DNA of 64,000 bases from Gammaproteobacteria bacterium (GTDB taxonomy: Bacteria; Pseudomonadota; Gammaproteobacteria; Eutrophobiales; Eutrophobiaceae), in contig OZ220696.1 of the NCBI GenBank assembly GCA_965116495.1, positions 4,224,001-4,288,000 of the forward strand. Reading direction: 5' to 3'. Under the pieces are notes generated by a model. It had not been told where the DNA came from and did no database searches. It saw only the letters and a list, made by a program, of their open reading frames with translations. Shown in pieces: positions 10,299 through 19,217 of the stretch. Every line of letters begins with the position of its first letter. Position 1 is the stretch's first letter. The translations under genes and the position numbers were made by a program.

Positions 10299-10617
10299 AA
10301 GGACGTTTTCAGCAGGATGTCGCAGTGTTGAGAATCAGATATCATGCTCGAAAACATAGCTGGCAATATACCATGAAATGATAGGAATATCAAATGGATA
10401 CCTTCATACAAGCTGTTATAAAACGGCACCGGATGAATGTGCCGTGAAGTAATTTCGAAGTCGTCGAAATGCCCTGGGAATACCGTCCCCGGAACTCCAA
10501 ATGTAATATAGCGCTATACGAGATTTTGTATAAAATAGCCTGATGAAACACAATGTCTGCAGGAAGCGTGCTGGCTGACATTCGGTATTTTCCGTCAATA
10601 ATGATTTCAGGGGTGTG

Positions 10618-10920
10618 ATGATGGGCAAGAAAGACAGGCACATTACAGAATCCTCCGGCAATGTCTTTGCTGATTTAGATTTTGAGCGACACGAGGCTAA
10701 AAACCTGCTGGTACGCGCCAGGCTCATGGCAGCGACAAAAACCTATATCGAATCTGAAGGAATCACGCAACGCGAGGCGGCTGAACGCTTCAACGTAGCC
10801 CAGCCCCTCATCAGCGAAATTTACCAGGGTAAGATCGAGTTATTTTCTGCCGACAAGTTGATCAACATGCTTGCCCGGGTAGGGCGGCATGTGGAGATTT
10901 CCATAAATGAAGCTGCCTGA
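10618..10920 (+). CDS. XRE/HigA-type antitoxin (orphan), copy 1
   Basis: ESSGNVFADL…ITQREAAERFNVAQP…FSADKL. Only a short toxin-like stub (AGSVLADIRYFP) lies upstream. Confidence 0.85.
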   Translation: MMGKKDRHITESSGNVFADLDFERHEAKNLLVRARLMAATKTYIESEGITQREAAERFNVAQPLISEIYQGKIELFSADKLINMLARVGRHVEISINEAA

Positions 10921-10978
10921 CCTGAAGTAGCTCAGGATGGCAGGATAGATTTACTAAGACGGATACTGAGGAGACACC

Positions 10979-11248
10979 ATGACCGACCTCAACATTGACG
11001 ATTGCATCAACGAGACCTGCCCCTGGTCGGGCAAGCCGGTGCAGGCCGACTCGCTGGCCTTGTACGGCGATGATGTCGTCGGATTCTGCAATCCGGGCTG
11101 CCGTGACAAGTTTGAAAGCGCGGTCAGGCATTTTGAAAAAGCGAGGGCGTCGAGTGTAGAACGTATCAGGCAGGCCATGTCTGAACAGGGAAGGCCGCTG
11201 GAGGAATTCACTGCTGAGTTTGAAGCCGGGAACGGTATCAGTCGGTGA
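10979..11248 (+). CDS. Small YHS/TRASH-like Cys-rich protein, copy 1
   Basis: INETCPWSGKPV…VGFCNPGCRDKF; RBS gaggag. Confidence 0.75.
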   Translation: MTDLNIDDCINETCPWSGKPVQADSLALYGDDVVGFCNPGCRDKFESAVRHFEKARASSVERIRQAMSEQGRPLEEFTAEFEAGNGISR

Positions 11249-11308
11249 AATAATTCAGGATCGATTTTGCAGAGTTACGGAGTCAACATATCAACAGGTA
11301 CAGAGACA

Positions 11309-11491
11309 ATGGAACAGGAACGCATAATTTATTCACTAAACATTGAAGATGTGCAAACAGTGGCATCCGAGATATTGGATCGTCATTTGTCAACAAACGA
11401 GATTGCACAGATTGAAGATGCACTGGCCGAAAGGATCAACTGGTTTGAAGCAATCGCTGGCGCTATTTCAGAAAATTTGGGTCACCGGTGA
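11309..11491 (+). CDS. Small hypothetical protein
   Basis: ORF MEQERIIYSLNIEDVQ…; its 3' end reappears fused to the YHS copy at ~28540. Confidence 0.5.
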   Translation: MEQERIIYSLNIEDVQTVASEILDRHLSTNEIAQIEDALAERINWFEAIAGAISENLGHR

Positions 11492-11962
11492 CAGCCGGCT
11501 TGTTACAGGAGTTTAAGGAACTGATTTAATCACGCCCATCTGCACCCCTATGCTAATGGAGTATTGTGCGTTCGGATAGGTTGCCTTTCCTGATTGATTT
11601 GTTTAAGGTCTCTGCCTGCAATTATAGGTTTTTGAGGCGCGGATGGCATTTCTATTTGGAAGGGATGGCGCGTTTTTGAAATCAAAATAGACACCGTTAT
11701 TTTCAGGGTCAATATAGAGCGTATGTAGGTTATCAATACCGAAGTCCCAGCGTCTTCGGATACCGTCGAGATAGTAAACAGCCTCTTATGTTCCCGTGCC
11801 GAGTATGGTAACTGCGCCGGATTTTTTATCGTTGTTGACGGTGCTTTGCTATGAAATACACAGAATCGACCCTGACCATGCCTGGTGTTGGGGTGAGTGA
11901 GATAGTAAATTCTTAGCAATAATGAGATCTGTCAGTGACACATCGACTTTTATGAAGATGCT

Positions 11963-12397
11963 TTGATGAGGAATCAACGAGATAACATGGTATTTGTGGT
12001 CGCGTTATCCAAAGCGACATTTAAGCAGGGTGGGGACTATTCATGGATTGATGTTGTTGAGAAGGACAAACACTATTTTCATCCCATAGGAAGAGGATGG
12101 CCGAAAGAACCTCCCAACTACATTGCGTTTCGATATGACGGAATACTCCAGAGTGTTCACTATATTGAAAGCTATGAAGTCGTGACCAACCCTTGCGCTA
12201 TCAACGAGAACTGGCTGGAAGCAGACTACGAACAATATTTATATAAGCTCGGCCCGGCAATGAAGCCATCGGAAACAGTGAGAAGCGGCCCCATTTGGAA
12301 CAGCCGTTGTCGTTGCATTATAGACACCTTGCTATCAGGTTCCTGCAAAACCGTTAGTGAGGCTGTAGCAGAAACGAAAAGGCGAATTATGATCTGA
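11963..12397 (+). CDS. Hypothetical protein, probably 5'-truncated
   Basis: Globular-looking sequence (YFHPIGRGWPKEPPNYIAFRYDG) with a weak TTG start. Confidence 0.5.
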   Translation: MMRNQRDNMVFVVALSKATFKQGGDYSWIDVVEKDKHYFHPIGRGWPKEPPNYIAFRYDGILQSVHYIESYEVVTNPCAINENWLEADYEQYLYKLGPAMKPSETVRSGPIWNSRCRCIIDTLLSGSCKTVSEAVAETKRRIMI

Positions 12398-12620
12398 GAG
12401 TCAGGTCGAATTAAGATACCTCAAGACTTCAATCAGTCACCCTTCAGGTAATAACCTGTCCCGGCCCCTCACAGTTGCCAGAAGGGTATCCAGGCGTTTC
12501 CGGAATCAGTGTTCACTGGAGGTTGAGTAAGTATTCACCATTACCATATCGGATGCTCTATCCAGTTTTCTGGTACTCCCATAGTTGCCCGCCATTTCCT
12601 GTCTTCTGCAATGGGCTTAA

Positions 12621-14707
12621 CCCAAGTTTACCAATCTAAAAAATAAATCGTTATATGTCAATGGGTTAGATTGACATAATTCCGCTTATGGCACTACATT
12701 CGCGCCATGTTGCGGACGCTGTACTCAGACGATCTCTTTCTGCGTACCGCCGGGTGGTCCACGAATTCCCAAGGCGTCCAGGATGGCCTGTTGCGGCGGT
12801 TCCGGACGGGTGGCCTTGCGCACGTGCACGGTACGTCCGTCTTTGCGCCGGACCGTGGCGGTCACCCGCTGACGGGCGCCGAGGATGCGCCGCAGCGTGG
12901 TCCAACTTGCGTTGCGGCAGGATTCATCGCCGTGCGCGGCCAGACGACGGCGGACCACCTGGACCAGTTGGTAGGCGATGACGGTGATGAACAGGTGGCC
13001 CTCGGCGCGTCGGGGCGTGCGGTGATAGATGGGGCGCAATCCCAGCTCGGATTTCAAGGCGCGGAACACTGCTTCGATGTCGGTGAGCAGGGTGTAGGTC
13101 TGCCACAGCCGCGCCTCATCCCAGTCGGTGAGGTTGCTGCGCAGGCAATAGATGCCGGGGTGGGTGAGCATCGAGCCGGTGACCGGCTGGCGCTGCCAGC
13201 GTACGGCCACGGCCCGTTGGCCCTTGGCATCGGTGTCGACCTCGATGGTATAGTGCTGGCCGATGCCGTGGCTGCGGGCTTTCAAGCGTCCGATACGTTC
13301 CCGGACGTAGCCTGGCTGCTTGCGCGTACGCGGCCGGGACAGGCCCTCGTGCAGCGCGCTGAGGCCCTGCTCAAAGCGCGCCATGAAGCGTTCGGCGATG
13401 GCGCGCTCTTTCTCGGCCCGCGCCGCCGAGTAACAGTACAGGCGCACCTCACCGGCCTTGGCATCGGCCACCTGCTCCAGTTGGACCGTCTCGCCCCCAC
13501 GGGTACGATGGGCCAGGGCGGCGTCCACGTCGAACCGGCGCTGTTGTTCCCGGCTCACCACGATGTAACGGTAGTCGTTATCCTTGAGCCAGGTGACCTG
13601 CGCCTCGGTGGCGATGCCCCGGTCGAGAATGACCAAGGCCCCCGGCGGGGTCTTGAGCGCCTCCAGCATCCCGGCCAGGGTGGTCTCCTCGCGCACGTTG
13701 CCGGCAAACACCCGTGAACGGCGCACGAAGCCGCTCGCATCGAGCACCAGCCCCAGGGTGAGCAGCTTGCAGTCGCTGCGTTTCTCTTTCGAATGGCCGC
13801 GCTGCGCCAGCGGCTGCCCGTGGGCCTCGCCCTCGTAGTAGGTGTTGGTCAGGTCATACAGGGTGACCGTCGGCGCCAGGTCAAACAAGTCCATGGCCTG
13901 CGCGAACAGGTGTGTCTCAATGACCGCACGGTGTTTGAGCAGCGCATCGGAAGCCCGGTACAACTGCATGGCGCCCATGCGTTCGAAGTTCACGTCCAGC
14001 AACTCGCCCAGGGCACTGCGCTCGCATAACCAGGCATGGGTGGCCCGCTCCGAGGCCGGGCACGCCAGCCGGCCCACGATGGAGCCGATGGTGGCGGCGC
14101 GCAGGGATGCATTGACGCCCTGTGCCGCGAGTAACTCGTCCAGCCCCACCTGTGCCAGGGCCCACAACCCCACCTGCTCCACGCCCACGCTGCGCGGGCG
14201 GGTCAAGGCCAGCGAGTCCAGATCGACTGCCATCCACGCCGGCGCCGTTCCCGTCTCGTCCGGTCGAGACCGGGCCAGCAGTTGGGCGCTAATCTGTTGT
14301 GCCGCACTCTCCACGCCGGCGGGCAGGCTCGCCAGCAGCGACGTCTGGCCCTGGCGCAACGCCTCAATACGTTGGCACAGGGTCGGCCAGTGTTGTTTAT
14401 CGATAGCAAACTCGCTGCCGAGGTTCAGCAGGGTGCGTTGGCGCACCTTGGTGCCCGCGCGCTCACTGTGCACCAGGCGGTGGGAGTAATAGGCCTGGCC
14501 GTCGGTACGGCGGGTGAGGGTACGGCGGATGAACATAGGGGGAGAGGATACCGCTCTACCACACCGATGTCAATATAAATATTCATATTATGGCACTACA
14601 ATGGCCAGACAACCCGTCACTCACCAAAAATCAATGCGTTACGATGACGAACCCGGCAGAAAATAGCAACATCCAACTAAATGCCAGTGAATCTTGGTAA
14701 ACTTGGG
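12621..14707 (-). mobile_element. IS1634-family insertion sequence
   Basis: Terminal inverted repeats CCCAAGTTTACCAA (12621-12634) and TTGGTAAACTTGGG (14694-14707) flank a 603-aa DDE transposase. Confidence 0.88.
12725..14536 (-). CDS. IS1634-family transposase
   Basis: LYDLTNTYYEG, RGHSKEKRSDC, VILDRGIA, IEAVFRALKSELGLRPIYH. Confidence 0.92.
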   Translation of the reverse strand: MFIRRTLTRRTDGQAYYSHRLVHSERAGTKVRQRTLLNLGSEFAIDKQHWPTLCQRIEALRQGQTSLLASLPAGVESAAQQISAQLLARSRPDETGTAPAWMAVDLDSLALTRPRSVGVEQVGLWALAQVGLDELLAAQGVNASLRAATIGSIVGRLACPASERATHAWLCERSALGELLDVNFERMGAMQLYRASDALLKHRAVIETHLFAQAMDLFDLAPTVTLYDLTNTYYEGEAHGQPLAQRGHSKEKRSDCKLLTLGLVLDASGFVRRSRVFAGNVREETTLAGMLEALKTPPGALVILDRGIATEAQVTWLKDNDYRYIVVSREQQRRFDVDAALAHRTRGGETVQLEQVADAKAGEVRLYCYSAARAEKERAIAERFMARFEQGLSALHEGLSRPRTRKQPGYVRERIGRLKARSHGIGQHYTIEVDTDAKGQRAVAVRWQRQPVTGSMLTHPGIYCLRSNLTDWDEARLWQTYTLLTDIEAVFRALKSELGLRPIYHRTPRRAEGHLFITVIAYQLVQVVRRRLAAHGDESCRNASWTTLRRILGARQRVTATVRRKDGRTVHVRKATRPEPPQQAILDALGIRGPPGGTQKEIV

Positions 14708-14712
14708 TTAGT

Positions 14713-14944
14713 GTTAGGGAAGCTCTGATCAAGTCCGTCCGGGACTTGTCAGAGCACGCACAAATCGGCGGGATAGCCGATTTGCACAACTTGTTGCCGC
14801 CTTGCGGCGAGCTACCAGGATGTAGCGAGTGAAAACAAAAATGCGATTTTTGTTTTGCTCCCAAAATCAATGACCTACAGTCATTGATTTTAACGGCACA
14901 TCCCTGTACCGTAGGAACCTCTGACTTAATCAGAGGTTCCTTAG
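14713..14944. mobile_element. Putative MITE with imperfect terminal inverted repeats and several internal hairpins
   Basis: Left end ttagggaagctctgatcaagtc versus reverse complement of the right end ctaaggaacctctgattaagtc; internal stems such as aaaatcaatgac/gtcattgatttt. Confidence 0.6.
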
Positions 14945-15008
14945 CTTAATAACAGCTGCCACGCCTCTCACTGAAGCGCTACCTTGGCGGCTTTTTTTTG
15001 CCCAGGGT

Positions 15009-15611
15009 TTATATAGACAGGGAGGACGTTAAAAATTTCCCGGAATCACTCCGACCAACAGCCCGCTTCCGAAAAACCTCATAACGCACCCCGGCTTTCC
15101 GGCAGGCGATCCTGATCCGGTACTCAAACCGGCCTTCCCGGCCATCCGTGTCATAAATCACCACCGCCGGTCGCTTGCCGGTCACGTGACTGAAAAACAG
15201 CGCCTGCTGTACGCTGTCCAGGCTGCTGCGCTTATCCAGGCCACCCTCGTAAACCATTGTGCCGGTCTCACAATCCACTTCCACGTAATTGCGGCCGCCG
15301 GCAGACGTGTACCCATGACGGGTTTCCGTCTCCCCGTTGACCATGGTACAAAACCAGCGATTGTAATCATCCTCTGACGCAGTCGTGCGCGGCGCCGATC
15401 GGTCTGTTTTATTCATCGGCGCCAATGGGTTGCCCTGTGCGGGATGGCCGGACCGTGCACCCTCATGGCAATGCCGCGGCAGTTTACCTGCGTGACAGCC
15501 CTCGGAGTTCGTGCGTACGGGATGTCCCTGGATTGGCAGCGCCATCAGCGAGAACATGCTGAGACCCAACAGCTTCATCAGTAACCTTTTGATACGGGTT
15601 GATACCATCAC
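15009..15611 (-). CDS. Secreted protein with a YHYH-like His/Cys motif and a PD-(D/E)xK-like C-terminal domain
   Basis: Signal-like N-terminus; HPVRTNSEGCH…HCH; EVDCET…VYEGG…QALFF. Confidence 0.6.
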   Translation of the reverse strand: MMVSTRIKRLLMKLLGLSMFSLMALPIQGHPVRTNSEGCHAGKLPRHCHEGARSGHPAQGNPLAPMNKTDRSAPRTTASEDDYNRWFCTMVNGETETRHGYTSAGGRNYVEVDCETGTMVYEGGLDKRSSLDSVQQALFFSHVTGKRPAVVIYDTDGREGRFEYRIRIACRKAGVRYEVFRKRAVGRSDSGKFLTSSLSI

Positions 15612-15930
15612 AAGGGCCTTTTCAACAGGATATAGCAGTGTTGAGAATCATATTTCATGCTCGAAAACATAGCTGGCAATATACCATGAAATGGTAGGAA
15701 TATCAAATAGATAATTTCAGATAATCTGTTATAAAACGGCGCCGGATGAATGTGCCTTGAAGTATTTTCGAAGTCGTCGAAATGCCTCGGGAATACCGTC
15801 CCCGGAACTCCAAATTTAATATAGCGCTATACGAGAAGTTGTATAAAATAACCTGATGAAACACAATGTCTGCAGGAAGCGCGCCGGCGAACATTCGGAA
15901 TTTTCCGTCAATAATGATTTCAGGGGTGTG

Positions 15931-16233
15931 ATGATGGGCAAGAAAGACAGGCACATTACAGAATCCTCCGGCAATGTCTTTGCTGATTTAGGGTTTGACC
16001 GACATGAGGCTGAAAACCTGTTGGTACGCGCCAGGCTCATGGCAGCGACAAAAACCTATATCGAATCTGAAGGAATCACGCAACGCGAGGCGGCTGAACG
16101 ATTCAACGTCGCCCAGCCCCGCATCAGCGAAATTTACCGGGGTAAGATCGAGTTATTTTCTGCCGACAAGTTGACCAGCATGCTTGCCCGGGTAGGGCGG
16201 CATGTAGAAATTTCCACAAATGTGGCTGCCTGA
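15931..16233 (+). CDS. XRE/HigA-type antitoxin (orphan), copy 2
   Basis: Near-identical to 10618-10920. Confidence 0.85.
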   Translation: MMGKKDRHITESSGNVFADLGFDRHEAENLLVRARLMAATKTYIESEGITQREAAERFNVAQPRISEIYRGKIELFSADKLTSMLARVGRHVEISTNVAA

Positions 16234-16253
16234 TCCAGGAAAGCTCAGGGTCG

Positions 16254-16583
16254 CTATTTTACGGCCTGTTCGATGGACCGCTTGACAAACTCATTCAGGT
16301 TGAGATCTCTCTCTTTCGCTGCGATAAGGGCATGCCTGTGCAACTCTGGTCCTATACGGACATTGAATGAGCCTTTGCATGGTTTGGCCGGCTCCCTGCC
16401 AAGCTTTTCGCAATCCAGCAGGTAGTCATCCACTGCATCCTTGAAGGCCTGTTCCAGCTCTTCAATGTTTTGACTTTCATAGCTGACCAGCGGTTCGATG
16501 AATTCCAGTTTTCCGTACAGACAATTATCCTCTACGCTGGCTTGCGCAGAACCGTAAAAGCCCTTGTATCTGAATAAACTCAT
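16254..16583 (-). CDS. hicB: HicB-family antitoxin
   Basis: YKGFYGS…AFKDAVDDYL…KGSFNVRIGPELH. Confidence 0.88.
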   Translation of the reverse strand: MSLFRYKGFYGSAQASVEDNCLYGKLEFIEPLVSYESQNIEELEQAFKDAVDDYLLDCEKLGREPAKPCKGSFNVRIGPELHRHALIAAKERDLNLNEFVKRSIEQAVK

Positions 16584-16828
16584 AACATTTTCGCCCGTGT
16601 CAGTTTCTCCAGGACCAGTTTGACCGCATAATGTTTCACTTGGTTGCCCGGGTGTGGTCTATGCAAATTGATTGTATCGTCCGGGTTGCCGTTATCGAAT
16701 TTTACCCTTGAGCCATCCCCCTGGATCTCTTTATAGCCCAGCGACTTCAACAACGTGACTAATTCCTTCCATGTAACAGCTCGTTTGCCATCCAACAATC
16801 TGGCTTTCAATTTATCACGCCTTCCCAT
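16580..16828 (-). CDS. hicA: HicA-family toxin
   Basis: TWKELVTLLKSLGY…GSRVKF…LHRPHP; palindrome gcaacta…tagttgc upstream at ~16860-16878. Confidence 0.88.
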   Translation of the reverse strand: MGRRDKLKARLLDGKRAVTWKELVTLLKSLGYKEIQGDGSRVKFDNGNPDDTINLHRPHPGNQVKHYAVKLVLEKLTRAKML

Positions 16829-16965
16829 AGTTGGATTATATGGAAACTCAGCTTCAAGTGCAACTATAAGTTAGTTGCTATTTATAAAACTGGATAATTT
16901 AGTTTTGTGCCCATAGAATTCACAGAACTCATTGACAGCGAAATTAATCGCAAAGAGGTGGACTG

Positions 16966-17104
16966 ATGAAAAATGAACTGTTCAATGAACTGCTCAAAAG
17001 TATGCACGAGATGGACCGGATAGTTCAGGGCGAGTCAGCGCCGGGCAGGGTAACCCGGTTTACCGAATCGGAGGTCAAGCAGATTCGCGAAAATACCGGC
17101 CTCT
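16966..17104 (+). pseudogene. 5' fragment of an HTH antitoxin (NadS/HigA-like), cut off by the YHS-like gene
   Basis: MKNELFNELLKSMHEMDRIVQGESAPGRVTRF…IRENTGL, then interrupted; repeated at ~28192 and 36034. Confidence 0.7.
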
Positions 17105-17116
17105 TAAGGAGGCGTC

Positions 17117-17386
17117 ATGACCGATCTCAACATTGACGATTGCATCAACGAGACCTGCCCCTGGTCCGGCAAGCCGGTGCAGGCCGACTCACTGGCCTTG
17201 TGTGGCGATGATGTCGTCGGGTTTTGCAATCCTGGCTGCCGCGACAAGTTTGAAAGCGCGGTCAGGCATTTTGAAAAAGTGAGGGCGTCGAGTGTAGAAC
17301 GTACCAGGCAGGCCATGTCTGGACAAGGACGGCCGCTGGAGGAATTCACCGCTGAGTTTGAAGCCGGGAAGGGTATCAGTCGGTGA
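17117..17386 (+). CDS. YHS/TRASH-like protein, copy 2
   Basis: Near-identical to 10979-11248. Confidence 0.75.
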   Translation: MTDLNIDDCINETCPWSGKPVQADSLALCGDDVVGFCNPGCRDKFESAVRHFEKVRASSVERTRQAMSGQGRPLEEFTAEFEAGKGISR

Positions 17387-17560
17387 GATAATTCCGTATC
17401 GATATAGCGGAGTTACCGAGTCAACAATAATTCATTGTCAATGGCCGAGTTAGAACTGAATTTAGTGTTCAGTTGTTGAAAAAAGCGTATCTAATTGACT
17501 ATCGCAAAACAACCAAAAGGATATTCGTACAATAATCACCAAACTTCCCAAAATTTCATA

Positions 17561-17783
17561 GCTTGGGCTTACTTACGGTAGGCAAAGTGAGCCCAAGCTA
17601 AAGAATCTCAAATAAGGTGTCTTTGGGTTCCCAGGCCACCATGGTGTTTTTTATTTCAGCCCAAAATAAGTCGTCGAGCCTATTTGGATCAGGCAAATGC
17701 ACCAAGTCTGCCTTGACTCTTCTTATTCGAGGTTCGCTCCTCCCATTTTTAGTCATCAGCACCACCGTGCCAGGCGGGTCAAA
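17561..17783. repeat. About 220-bp repeat, copy 1 (hairpin plus 3' part of a small ORF); copy 2 at ~36450-36673
   Basis: gcttgggcttactt…aagtgagcccaagc stem followed by shared sequence. Confidence 0.85.
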
Positions 17784-17996
17784 TTTCATTGGTTCGTTGT
17801 ACATATTCTGTCTCCTGATCCTGCATCATTGTAAGGCAAATAGTGGAATATCATCTTAAAGGTTCAGTATTGATATCTCCTAAGATATCGGTGGCCAACC
17901 GGTGCTAAAACAACTGCAGGATAATCAAGTAATGTATCCCTGGAATTTAGAATATTAAATTGTACATTTTAGATCAATAAGTTATGGGCTAAATGA

Positions 17997-19178
17997 TTGC
18001 GAAAATTCATTACATATATTAAAGTTCAGCACATGGAAAAATTAATTAATATCATCAAGCAATATTTTGATACAGGTTCTTATAGTAGCGAAGAAGCGGT
18101 AAGAGCACAGATATGTTATCCAATTCTACAGAATCTGGGTTGGGATATATACTCTCCCGTTCATGTTGCCCCTGAATACAAAATTGATAATCTAAAAGCG
18201 GATATTGCATTATGCCATTCACCAAATGAACCGGTAATCTTTATCGAAGTAAAAGCTCCAGGTAAATGCTCTCCACAGGGCCAGGATCAGGTTTTCGATT
18301 ATGCTGCCCGGCAAGGTGGAATTCCCATGATCATTTTTACCGACGGCAATGAATGGCATTTTTACAATAGCTATGGCTCGGGAGACTATCTGTCAAGAAA
18401 AGTAAAAAGCATCCAACTTACGAAAGATGATTTAAATGATTGCCTTATCCATTTCAGCCGTTATCTGCAATTTGAACATGTAAAAACGGAACAGGCTTTT
18501 GAGAATTTACGCCTTGATTATGAACGAGCCCGGTCGGCTAATCGAGCTAAATCTAAAATTCCTGAAGCCTGGGACCAGCTGGTTGTCAATTTAGACGAGG
18601 CTTTGATTAAGATTGTTGTTGACAGAGTAAAGCTGATTAGCGATGGAAGGTATACGCCGAAAAAAGAAGATGTAGCGGAATTTTTGAAGGGATTTGGACC
18701 AGAAAATAAAGCCGTAAAGCCAATTAAGCCGCCAAAAGTGACCCATGCCGCGCAGGTAACTCGCGGTGATTTAGAAAGAGAAAAAGTAACATATCGATTT
18801 AAAATTAACGGTCAGGTAAAACAAGGCAAGAATGGTAAAGATGTGTATGTAAAGGTGCTCGATTATGTTATTAATAAATATGGTCGATTTAGTGAACTCA
18901 AAGATCAACAGTGGAACAATACTAAAAGCCGTGAATTTGGCTCAGGATATCATATATCAGAACATGAAAAAGATGTTCCCAAAAGAGCAGGACATAAAGC
19001 GAAATTAACGCAGAGTGGAGTCTGGGTCAATATCAACTTATCCGCGTCTGACATGTCAACAAAACTTCTCGCGGTCGGCAAGTATTATTATCGGGTTACG
19101 AATGGAAAAATCCTGGATGTGTGGGGTAGTGGTGCTGAGGTAGAGTTTGATATTCCAACGCGAATATCCAGCTCGTAG
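17997..19178 (+). CDS. Type I restriction enzyme HsdR N-terminal-like nuclease domain protein
   Basis: SEEAVRAQICYPILQNLGWD…PEY…ADIAL…FIEVKA…TDGNEWHFY. The true start is likely the ATG at 18033. Confidence 0.75.
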   Translation: MRKFITYIKVQHMEKLINIIKQYFDTGSYSSEEAVRAQICYPILQNLGWDIYSPVHVAPEYKIDNLKADIALCHSPNEPVIFIEVKAPGKCSPQGQDQVFDYAARQGGIPMIIFTDGNEWHFYNSYGSGDYLSRKVKSIQLTKDDLNDCLIHFSRYLQFEHVKTEQAFENLRLDYERARSANRAKSKIPEAWDQLVVNLDEALIKIVVDRVKLISDGRYTPKKEDVAEFLKGFGPENKAVKPIKPPKVTHAAQVTRGDLEREKVTYRFKINGQVKQGKNGKDVYVKVLDYVINKYGRFSELKDQQWNNTKSREFGSGYHISEHEKDVPKRAGHKAKLTQSGVWVNINLSASDMSTKLLAVGKYYYRVTNGKILDVWGSGAEVEFDIPTRISSS

Positions 19179-19217
19179 ATTTACAGTCCTCACTAATTCT
19201 GCTTGCAGCAACATAAA

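Noticed and set aside
11548-11919. 123-aa minus-strand ORF
   Set aside because: It has no recognisable motif or RBS and is probably degraded sequence.
12707-13717. 336-aa plus-strand ORF and other long antisense ORFs (e.g. 51447-52403, 52762-53703, 61091-62143)
   Set aside because: These are shadow frames of well-supported GC-rich genes on the opposite strand.
17561-17598. Hairpin as an attC site or ncRNA
   Set aside because: It is a simple 14-bp stem at the stop of a small ORF, better explained as a terminator copied within a duplicated block.
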